Notes under the pieces: model-generated
Seen by the model: only the letters and a program-made list of their open reading frames with translations
What the model was told of the DNA's origin: nothing
Database searches by the model: none
Part shown: positions 8,242 to 14,450 of the stretch, one piece after another
Layout: each line of letters starts with the position of its first letter
How positions within the stretch are numbered: the stretch's first letter is position 1
Virus record (IMG/VR): IMGVR_UViG_3300045988_111434
Location: 1 to 15,563 of that record
Strand: one strand, 5' to 3'
DNA: 15,563 nucleotides
Source of the DNA: a virus
Program-made: the position numbers and the translations under genes

Positions 8242-9309
8242 TTACATCAACCTCACACTCAATATATCCAACACAATATTTTTGCATTTTAAATCCTTAA
8301 ATCTTAATAGCCCCATATCATAAGACCTCTTTAAATAGTCATAAATAAAAGACTTGCTCGATAACATCAGCGTATCTGCATTATGACTTGATGGGTCAAA
8401 AGTAAAAACATATCTCGCGTTCGGGTCTGCTGTATAGTCAATATAAACTATACCTTTTTCCGGATATTCCCTCACAGCGAAACGGTCTTTCCCGCATACA
8501 AGGGTAAAAATATAGTTGCTGTTGCCACTGATTTTCTCAACAAAAGCCGTTGCGTCGCACAGATACGTTCCATCTGCGCTAGATTTTTGGTATGCACTAT
8601 TGCTAAAAACTTTTGTCAATCCGCTCTCATTGATAGCTTTTTGTGCGTCCTTATTAACGGTAAACTGCGCCACCCAACCGTTGCCGCGCAAGAATTTTGT
8701 GTTATCACGCAATCTCTTATGTATGCCAAAATAGATAAAATAGGGGTTAAGCAAGCTAACATAATTTGCTAACATGTAGACAGGCACTTCCCGCACTTGC
8801 TTGCCCTTACCTCTACAAATACTCCGCAATACACTCTCAAATTTTGTAATCTCATTTCGCAAATATCCGTTATTTTCAAGCACAAATTCGTCAAAAACAA
8901 TCAAATTAACCTCTTTAAACATCGGGCTATATTTCTTAATTTTATCGGAATTACTAAAATATACCGCATATCCAAGCACGCCTTGGTTGTCCTCTGCATC
9001 ATGTAAAATTAAAGCACTAATAAGCCCTTTTACTACACTTTTGTTAGTAACAACTTTTCCGTATTCTGGATAAATCTCCAACACATCTTCATACATCTTT
9101 CCACTGCTTGCTATTTCATCCTGTGTACGGTATAAAAAGACAACTTGCGAACCGTCCTCTTTATGATTATTCAAGCTTTCAATCAGCAAAGCCGTTGTTT
9201 TTCCGGCACTTCGATTGCCAATAATCATACGCAAAATCGGTTCACAACCGTCTAAATCTTTTACACTTTTAATTTCATCTAAATTATAATAAGGTTTTGT
9301 AAACTTCAT
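8242..9309 (-). CDS. DNA encapsidation (packaging) ATPase, phi29 gp16 family
   Basis: Walker A is GNRSAGKTT and Walker B is LIVFDEF. The size, about 355 aa, fits. The ORF-track start at 9324 is a TTG. The ATG at 9309 (MKFTKPYYN) follows a GGGGGGAATAAAA SD. Confidence 0.85.
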   Translation of the reverse strand: MKFTKPYYNLDEIKSVKDLDGCEPILRMIIGNRSAGKTTALLIESLNNHKEDGSQVVFLYRTQDEIASSGKMYEDVLEIYPEYGKVVTNKSVVKGLISALILHDAEDNQGVLGYAVYFSNSDKIKKYSPMFKEVNLIVFDEFVLENNGYLRNEITKFESVLRSICRGKGKQVREVPVYMLANYVSLLNPYFIYFGIHKRLRDNTKFLRGNGWVAQFTVNKDAQKAINESGLTKVFSNSAYQKSSADGTYLCDATAFVEKISGNSNYIFTLVCGKDRFAVREYPEKGIVYIDYTADPNARYVFTFDPSSHNADTLMLSSKSFIYDYLKRSYDMGLLRFKDLKCKNIVLDILSVRLM

Positions 9310-9328
9310 TTTTATTCCCCCCAAAAAA

Positions 9329-9399
9329 CTAGCGCGGCGGGAATCGAACCCGCATTGATAGAATTAAAATCTATTGTTCTGCCGTTAAACTACACGCCA
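9329..9399 (-). tRNA. tRNA with anticodon UUA (predicted ochre/UAA suppressor, tRNA-Sup-TTA); acceptor features resemble tRNA-Gln
   Basis: Hand-folded cloverleaf. Acceptor UGGCGUG/CGCGCUA with two G-U pairs. U8. D arm GUUU-AACGGCA-GAAC with G18G19. Anticodon arm AUAGA-UUUUAAU-UCUAU with U33 and A37. Variable loop is 4 nt. T arm GCGGG-UUCGAUU-CCCGC. Discriminator G. The anticodon lies at 9365..9367 (plus strand TAA). CCA is not encoded, and a T6 run follows. Confidence 0.85.
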
Positions 9400-9403
9400 A
9401 TAA

Positions 9404-9419
9404 TGTTTCACGTGAAACA
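9404..9419. promoter_or_regulatory. parS: Perfect parS consensus site TGTTTCACGTGAAACA, within the 22-bp palindrome 9401..9422
   Basis: Exact match to the ParB/Spo0J consensus TGTTNCACGTGAAACA. It overlaps the holin stop codon and lies 5 nt upstream of the tRNA. Confidence 0.75.
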
Positions 9420-9743
9420 TTAAGAAATCTTTTCTAAAATAGACCGGATTTTTTCGGGTACTAAGTTTTTGTTTATTCTCCCGACATTTTCCAAAATCGA
9501 GCCAATCTCCATAAGGGTAATATAACTACACATTGAATAGGAAACCGGAACGGTAAAACCAAGGTCAAGATAACTCTGCCCCCAGTCAATGAGTACGGCG
9601 CATGCAATCACACAAACAGAGCCGAATTTGTTAAAAAGACCTTCTCTCATGATTGAGGAATTAAAGTTTTTGTTTTTTACCGCCATCACGATTCCAGACA
9701 CAAAATCCAGAACCATAAATAAAAAAGTAATTAAATAAATCAT
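9420..9743 (-). CDS. Holin (LL-H / TcdE-like Phage_holin_4 family)
   Basis: 107 aa starting MIYLITFLFMVLDFVSGI, from the ATG at 9743 after AAGGGAGAGGAAAAAAGG. It has hydrophobic segments plus the family-typical ...YITLMEIGSILENVGRI..VPEKI tail. The ORF-track extension to 9887 starts at a TTG and covers structured noncoding sequence. Confidence 0.75.
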   Translation of the reverse strand: MIYLITFLFMVLDFVSGIVMAVKNKNFNSSIMREGLFNKFGSVCVIACAVLIDWGQSYLDLGFTVPVSYSMCSYITLMEIGSILENVGRINKNLVPEKIRSILEKIS

Positions 9744-9844
9744 CCTTTTTTCCTCTCCCTTATTTATTTTAGAGGTTCGCCGCCACCCTTGCGGACACCA
9801 CTCCGCGCCCCTGCGTTTTTCCGCATGGTGTACGGGACTTAACG

Positions 9845-9960
9845 GGATGGCGGGTAATACTCCATTATGGACTTTGAGCGGACACAAACAAACAAAATAA
9901 GAGGAATTATGAAAGTTATCTCAAAGCCCATAATGCAATACACCCGCCTACCCGCCATCC
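9845..9960 (-). ncRNA. Candidate structured RNA: 116-nt extended hairpin (12-bp and 16-bp helices) in the 333-nt noncoding gap upstream of the holin
   Basis: 9845..9856 (GGATGGCGGGTA) is the exact reverse complement of 9949..9960. 9863..9878 pairs with 9920..9935 over 16 bp. The single non-Watson-Crick position is G-U on the minus-strand transcript but A-C on the plus strand, which favours minus-strand RNA. Confidence 0.35.
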
Positions 9961-9966
9961 ATCGGC

Positions 9967-9972
9967 ATTATA
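9967..9972 (-). promoter_or_regulatory. Candidate -10 box (TATAAT) of a late promoter lacking a good -35 element
   Basis: The minus strand reads ...GCATTGCACAGCATTAAATGTTGTATAATGCCGATGG. The predicted start falls at the 5' edge of the 9960..9845 helix. No TTGACA-like hexamer occurs at 16-18 nt spacing. Confidence 0.25.
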
Positions 9973-10076
9973 CAACATTTAATGCTGTGCAATGCCGATA
10001 AATGCCATTCAATGACATTCTACTGCATGCATGTTGTTTCATGCGGTTGGATGGCAGATATGCGGTTTATCATTAT

Positions 10077-10505
10077 TTAATTGTCATCTTCGTCAAAGTC
10101 CATATACGGTTCTGCTTCAACAAGTTCGCGTACATTGATAGCCTTGAGATACGCTGACTGGAATTTCTTAGACTTGTACCGCCCGTCCATCTGCTCGCGG
10201 ACGCGGATGGTTACTGCCGAACCATTGCCGATTTTGCGCAATTCCTCGATGTTTTCGTCATCGTTATCTGTTACCACGGGTTCGCCCTGCATGTAGAGAT
10301 TGACCGGATATTTTGTGTGCGCCTTGTATAACACCTTGCCATCAAGATTACCTTCGCCATCCTTTAACGGATTCTCAACCTTTGCGTCGTACACCTCGCG
10401 GAGTTCTGCCGCTGTTTTCTCATCAATCTCGATTAAAATTGATACATCATTGTCATCTTTAACAAAAAGATTTCTTACGATTCCTCTGATTTTTCTGCTT
10501 GCCAT
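10077..10505 (-). CDS. Putative single-stranded DNA-binding protein (acidic C-terminal tail)
   Basis: 142 aa in the early region, with a C-terminal DFDEDDN tail typical of SSBs and a beta-rich core. There is no direct family recognition. Confidence 0.4.
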   Translation of the reverse strand: MASRKIRGIVRNLFVKDDNDVSILIEIDEKTAAELREVYDAKVENPLKDGEGNLDGKVLYKAHTKYPVNLYMQGEPVVTDNDDENIEELRKIGNGSAVTIRVREQMDGRYKSKKFQSAYLKAINVRELVEAEPYMDFDEDDN

Positions 10506-10543
10506 TGTTTTTATTCCTTTCTTATTTAAGATTTGTTAGTTAA

Positions 10544-10559
10544 TGTTTCACGTGAAACA
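10544..10559. promoter_or_regulatory. parS: Perfect parS consensus site TGTTTCACGTGAAACA
   Basis: Exact 16-mer with palindromic AA..TT flanks (10542..10561). It lies between the stop of the 99-aa gene (10566) and the start of the SSB-like gene (10505). Confidence 0.75.
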
Positions 10560-10565
10560 TTTGTC

Positions 10566-10865
10566 TTACTTGGAAGCCTGTGTAGACTCTGCCGTTGCAG
10601 ATTTACGATTATTCCAATCCTTTTCCGTCATGGAGTGCGCCATGAAATCCTCGTAGGAAATGTAGCGCTTTTCCTCTGTTCTGCCGGATTCGATGAACTG
10701 GATTTTTTTGCCGGAGTACTTCTTCTCGATTTCCTTTTTGGTAGCCGTGTCAATATCGTCCGCTAAATGCAGATGATTAAGAATTTCAATCCCCTTGTTC
10801 GGAGTTACCGTTACGACGTCATAGTCTACGGATGTCGTGACCGTTCTTGTGAATGGTGCTTTCAT
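10566..10865 (-). CDS. Hypothetical early protein
   Basis: 99-aa ORF with SD AGAGGAACAACACA before the ATG and a TAA stop. No recognisable motif. Confidence 0.6.
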   Translation of the reverse strand: MKAPFTRTVTTSVDYDVVTVTPNKGIEILNHLHLADDIDTATKKEIEKKYSGKKIQFIESGRTEEKRYISYEDFMAHSMTEKDWNNRKSATAESTQASK

Positions 10866-10945
10866 TGTGTTGTTCCTCTCTTTCTTTTTTGTTTTGCTTG
10901 ATTTCTGTGGGCTTGTTTGAAATGTTGCTTGCCATCATCAGACGC

Positions 10946-10983
10946 AAGGTTGCAACCCTTGTACGTGACGCCCGTTAGGGCGT
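10946..10983 (-). other. Two adjacent hairpins after the 62-aa gene: ACGCCC-GTTA-GGGCGT and the near-palindrome AAGGTTGCAACCCTT
   Basis: Read directly. They begin 6 nt after the TAG stop. No U-tract follows on the minus strand, so this is not a canonical terminator. Confidence 0.3.
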
Positions 10984-10988
10984 TTCGG

Positions 10989-11177
10989 CTATTCCTGTTC
11001 GCTTAACAATAATGAGTTTTTATAAAAACTTAAAACTTCAAAATTTTTGTATTTATAAATCATGTCTAACGCCTGTCCATAATCCCATTTAATACCGCCT
11101 AAATGATTATATCTAATACTTAATACTGTGTCTGGTTTCCATTCTGCGTTTGCTGTGAATAAATCAAATAATGTCAT
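10989..11177 (-). CDS. Hypothetical early protein
   Basis: 62-aa ORF with SD GCGAGGAAACCACA before the ATG and a TAG stop. It is the first full-length gene downstream of the tandem-repeat leader. Confidence 0.55.
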   Translation of the reverse strand: MTLFDLFTANAEWKPDTVLSIRYNHLGGIKWDYGQALDMIYKYKNFEVLSFYKNSLLLSEQE

Positions 11178-11254
11178 TGTGGTTTCCTCGCTTTCTTGTT
11201 TTTGTGTTTTATTGTTTTTATCTTCCTTACATTATTTATTATACGCTTGCTTCT

Positions 11255-11314
11255 CTATTTTCTTGTGTCTACTGTGCCGTACTTTTTTACCTTTTCATAA
11301 AATGTTCTTCTCAT
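11255..11314 (-). CDS. Possible 19-codon leader mini-ORF (MRRTFYEKVKKYGTVDTRK), copy 2
   Basis: ATG at 11314 preceded by GCGAGGAAACAAAC; TAG stop at 11255. Identical to the copy at 11377..11436. Expression is unproven. Confidence 0.25.
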   Translation of the reverse strand: MRRTFYEKVKKYGTVDTRK

Positions 11315-11376
11315 GTTTGTTTCCTCGCTTTCTTGTTTTGTATCTCCCTTACATTATTTATTATACGCTTGCTTCT

Positions 11377-11436
11377 CTATTTTCTTGTGTCTACTGTGCC
11401 GTACTTTTTTACCTTTTCATAAAATGTTCTTCTCAT
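11377..11436 (-). CDS. Possible 19-codon leader mini-ORF (MRRTFYEKVKKYGTVDTRK), copy 1
   Basis: ATG at 11436 preceded by GCGAGGAAACAAAC; TAG stop at 11377. Confidence 0.25.
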   Translation of the reverse strand: MRRTFYEKVKKYGTVDTRK

Positions 11437-11481
11437 GTTTGTTTCCTCGCTTTCTTGTTTTGTATCTCCCTTACATTATCT

Positions 11482-11509
11482 ATTATACACTACTTCTCTA
11501 TTTTGTCAA
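11482..11509 (-). promoter_or_regulatory. Consensus sigma-A type promoter: TTGACA - 16 nt - TATAAT
   Basis: The minus strand reads TTGACAAAATAGAGAAGTAGTGTATAAT (-35 at 11504..11509, -10 at 11482..11487). It lies 15 nt downstream of the polymerase stop. In repeat units B and A the -35 equivalent is TAGACA at 22-nt spacing, so those are probably weak. Confidence 0.6.
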
Positions 11510-11524
11510 CTATTATTTTTAAAA

Positions 11525-13708
11525 TTATTCAGAAAAATTTATGCATGAACCTAACACCGCCGCGTATTCGTCTGATATACCTAGCGTATATGTGGTATCT
11601 ACGATAGCTATGTTAGACGCTGTGGTAAACTCACATTCTTTTCCTGTATAATCTTTTACTTTTATAGTATGTATATTGCTCTCGTTAAAATAAGACACTG
11701 TACGCCCAGAATCTATAAAAATTTTGCCAATTTTAAAATCATCTAAACCATTTCCTCGTGCTAATTCTGCCGCTCCCTTTGATTTTGATAGACCGGATAC
11801 AGTAACATGCAAAACATCCTCTGTTTTCCCTGTTTTTTTGTTTTTCTCGGACGCTATGTATGCGTACTTTTTAGCTCCCAAAGTTTTAAATTTTTTGTAG
11901 TATCCGTCATCGTCCCATACACCGAGCGTATAACGCGTAGTAGTGCCATCATCATTAACACGTTCACTGTAGTTTCTATACTTTTGCTTTTTGGATAATA
12001 AGTAATTATTTCTATCTTCAAATGATTTTAAGTGCTCTTTATTTATAAATTTTACGCTGTCAGTATCTGCATAAACAAAATCATAGCCGCAAGCGTCAAT
12101 CATGCACTGTAGTTCATACCGCGCGTTTGCCGTAATGTATACACCCCATTGATATAGCAAAAAAGAGTTTTTGCTTGCGGCGTAAGCCGCTATAGCACTC
12201 TCTTCGTCCGGCATTGACTTAGTCCACTTCCCATCTATGTATTCTATCTCGCCTTGACATATGTCTGTTACCATTGCGCCAAAAATAGCATTTAATTTAT
12301 TCTTGCTTTTTGCGTACTCGTATTCTTTTCCGTCGACATCCTTAAGTTGTGTTTTTTTGTCGTACCAAGCTAACATTATATCAACTATTGGTTGTGGCAA
12401 GTAGTCTTTTTCTGCCTTATAACCCTCTAGCCACTCTACACGCTCGGTATCATACTTATATTGATTGTTAATAATTAAAAAGTCTAACTCTGTACATGCA
12501 TATATTATCCAATCGGCAGATAATACGCGCCCGTTATCATTTACATAATTTTTGCTATATGCAATGCAGTGCGCAAAATCAATATATGGGACAGTTACAT
12601 CTTCCCGCACTTCTAGGTCAAAAAGAGTTATACGCATTATAATAGCGTTTTTCTCTTTACAGCAATCTAGTATAAGCCTATCGAAAGATTGTGGCTCGTA
12701 TTTAACAAACGGTGTCATAGGATATAAATCAGACGCTATACACGCGGGATAGCTAGATACCCTATCCATGCTATATACATCGTTTATTATTGCGTCCGCA
12801 TAATAGCGTGACGCGTGAGTATTGCCGCCCCTAAAAGCTTGCCGTAAAAGCTTGTAAATCGGTACAGTAGGCATAAGCATTTCAAACAGTTCTCGATACT
12901 CTGGATATTTGCGACATTCTGCGCGCATTGCACGACGTACATAACCTGTCGATGTGAGAGGTATCGTAGCTAATGTATCGCATTCATCATCTAACTTTGA
13001 TAAAATGCACTCTTCTAAACCTTTTACATCGTTATAGCAATACGCTAATTCTTCTTGCGTCATCGGTGTTATCGGTGTACGTACTTTTCTGTAATCATAC
13101 GTATCTACCAGTTTGTAATGTGTGCAAAATTTGCTATTTTCGCAAAATTTAGCTAAAGACATATTTGACAAAAAGTAACTACATCTAAATTCAAAAAAAG
13201 GTATTGCAGATGTTTCACGTGAAACATTTCCAATTTTATTTATACCTTTCTCATAATCGCTTTCCAAACAAGCTAACAATTTAATAACCTTGTGCGCTTC
13301 TCGCGCAAAAAGAGATTCTATATGCAGAAAATCCTTTACAAACATAAACTCATAAGCTAAATTATGCACATATATTACTAGCACTTTATTAGCGGCTAAT
13401 TCAAGCGCTATGCCTAAATTATGCATAAACTTTAGCCATTCTTCCCAAGTTCGCCCAAAACAAACTTTCCCATTTAAGCAAAATTGCCAATGATACATAA
13501 ATGCTTCTGGATTTTCTCCATCTATTGTAGTGCTTTCTATGTCAAACGTTGCCGGAGTTGCTATGTATGTAAGTCCATTTCTGCCTTTTTTCCTCACTGT
13601 AGTACAACCTAAAGCTATAGCGTCATACGGATATGACGCTACACTGTAAACTATCTCTTCTTCTACTGTTTCTTTTCCATTTTTTGTCTGTGCTACTGAT
13701 ATTACCAT
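11525..13708 (-). CDS. Family B DNA polymerase, protein-primed type (phi29 gp2-like)
   Basis: Exo I is FDIESTT, Exo II is VHNLAYEF and Exo III is YCYNDVKGL. Motif A is MDRVSSYPA, motif B is KSKNKLNAIFGAM, motif C is YADTDSV, and the KxY motif is GAKKYAY. Strong SD AAAGGGGAG. It co-occurs with ITRs and a gp16-type ATPase. Confidence 0.95.
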   Translation of the reverse strand: MVISVAQTKNGKETVEEEIVYSVASYPYDAIALGCTTVRKKGRNGLTYIATPATFDIESTTIDGENPEAFMYHWQFCLNGKVCFGRTWEEWLKFMHNLGIALELAANKVLVIYVHNLAYEFMFVKDFLHIESLFAREAHKVIKLLACLESDYEKGINKIGNVSRETSAIPFFEFRCSYFLSNMSLAKFCENSKFCTHYKLVDTYDYRKVRTPITPMTQEELAYCYNDVKGLEECILSKLDDECDTLATIPLTSTGYVRRAMRAECRKYPEYRELFEMLMPTVPIYKLLRQAFRGGNTHASRYYADAIINDVYSMDRVSSYPACIASDLYPMTPFVKYEPQSFDRLILDCCKEKNAIIMRITLFDLEVREDVTVPYIDFAHCIAYSKNYVNDNGRVLSADWIIYACTELDFLIINNQYKYDTERVEWLEGYKAEKDYLPQPIVDIMLAWYDKKTQLKDVDGKEYEYAKSKNKLNAIFGAMVTDICQGEIEYIDGKWTKSMPDEESAIAAYAASKNSFLLYQWGVYITANARYELQCMIDACGYDFVYADTDSVKFINKEHLKSFEDRNNYLLSKKQKYRNYSERVNDDGTTTRYTLGVWDDDGYYKKFKTLGAKKYAYIASEKNKKTGKTEDVLHVTVSGLSKSKGAAELARGNGLDDFKIGKIFIDSGRTVSYFNESNIHTIKVKDYTGKECEFTTASNIAIVDTTYTLGISDEYAAVLGSCINFSE
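13211..13226. promoter_or_regulatory. parS: Perfect parS consensus site embedded in frame in the polymerase gene (codons N161-T166, NVSRET)
   Basis: The 18-bp perfect palindrome ATGTTTCACGTGAAACAT at 13210..13227 lies between Exo II and Exo III. Confidence 0.7.
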
Positions 13709-14241
13709 AAAGTTCTCCCCTTTACATAAACATGTGTTGCGCTAGAATATTCTTGCAATTCTTGCTGTATCTCTGTATGCGTTTTCCCTTGTGAAAAAAG
13801 CAAATCATAGATTTCTATAATATCTTCCGACGGATTACGCATTTTTAAACTTTTGTATTCTTGACTATGCAGAAAAGTATAAAAATCTGCTTCATTTAAT
13901 AAATTTTCTGATACACCTAAATCGCGTAATGCTTGCGTGCGCTCTTGTCTTATTTCCCTTATACCAGTTAAAGTATGGGAGCGCGCTGTGACAAAACGAA
14001 CTAGCTTGAGATACGCCCGTGAATTATACTTGTCAATATCCCAATCCGTCCTCTTGTGCAACACATTTAATACACTTTCTTTCTCCAAACCTTGCTTTTC
14101 AATCCGTGCTTTTTGCTTGTTTGCTAACGGCACGAGTTGCTTGTACATCTCGCGCCGCTGTTTCCCCCGCAAACTTAAGAGGTAGTCCTTGTTATACATT
14201 GCGCAAATGCTCGGACGCAAACGTCCAAGCGATACGCTCAT
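13702..14241 (-). CDS. Putative terminal protein (assigned by position)
   Basis: 179-aa basic protein directly upstream of the polymerase start, overlapping it by 7 nt, the same arrangement as phi29 genes 3 and 2. The ATG at 14241 has a GGAG SD. An alternative ATG at 14199 overlaps the upstream stop. No sequence motif was recognised. Confidence 0.4.
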   Translation of the reverse strand: MSVSLGRLRPSICAMYNKDYLLSLRGKQRREMYKQLVPLANKQKARIEKQGLEKESVLNVLHKRTDWDIDKYNSRAYLKLVRFVTARSHTLTGIREIRQERTQALRDLGVSENLLNEADFYTFLHSQEYKSLKMRNPSEDIIEIYDLLFSQGKTHTEIQQELQEYSSATHVYVKGRTLW

Positions 14242-14449
14242 TTAGGCGCTCCAATACGTCATAATAATCGTCTTTACGCTCGATTATTACAGCCACGATG
14301 ATATTCACGCCATTATTTACGCACACGCAAAATGTTAAACCTAAAGAGCCGTCACTATAAGGACAGGCACTATCAAAAAGAACATCATCCCACTTTTCAT
14401 GCACGTTTTTCACGATAAAACTTTTAATTTCTTCCTGTGTTCTTGTCAT
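14192..14449 (-). CDS. Hypothetical early protein
   Basis: 85-aa ORF with a strong SD (GGAGGGATAAA) before the ATG, one base after the endolysin stop. Confidence 0.6.
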   Translation of the reverse strand: MTRTQEEIKSFIVKNVHEKWDDVLFDSACPYSDGSLGLTFCVCVNNGVNIIVAVIIERKDDYYDVLERLNERIAWTFASEHLRNV

Positions 14450-14450
14450 T

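Larger units (their letters stand above)
11182..11520. repeat. Tandem repeat, about 2.6 units (137 bp at 11182..11318, 122 bp at 11319..11440, partial unit at 11441..~11520); each unit carries a TATAAT box and an SD
   Basis: Units B and A are near-identical over about 105 bp. Unit A has an extra insertion of about 15 bp (TTTGTGTTTTATTGTTTTTAT...). Unit C diverges after CTTACATTAT. Confidence 0.9.

Noticed and set aside
9744-9887. N-terminal 48-aa extension of the holin ORF (155-aa version in the ORF track)
   Set aside because: It starts at a TTG with no SD and encodes an Arg/Pro/Gly-rich non-holin sequence across the GC-rich structured region. The internal ATG at 9743 has a strong SD and gives a typical 107-aa holin.
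9909-10001. 30-codon plus-strand ORF (MKVISKPIMQYTRLPAIHRHYTTFNAVQCR) preceded by AAGAGGA
   Set aside because: It would be the only plus-strand gene, and no plus-strand promoter is visible. The SD-ATG spacing is very short. The apparent SD is the complement of the CU-rich loop of the minus-strand RNA helix. I kept it only as a remote alternative reading of that region.
5589-10259. Spo0A-box-like heptamers (TGNCGAA / TTCGNCA) scattered in coding regions
   Set aside because: About 7-8 matches to this degenerate 7-mer are expected by chance in 31 kb of two-strand sequence. None lies at the two consensus promoters.
11182-11520. CRISPR array or toxI-like short-repeat antitoxin array
   Set aside because: The units are 122-137 bp, directly abutting with no spacers. 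They carry promoter and SD elements, which fits neither CRISPR architecture nor short antitoxin repeats.
11128-11607. Plus-strand ORFs of 159, 83 and 69 aa with very hydrophobic, Cys/Phe/Leu-rich products
   Set aside because: These are artefacts of translating the T-rich antisense strand of the tandem-repeat leader. They overlap one another in different frames, run into the polymerase 3' end and lack SD sequences.
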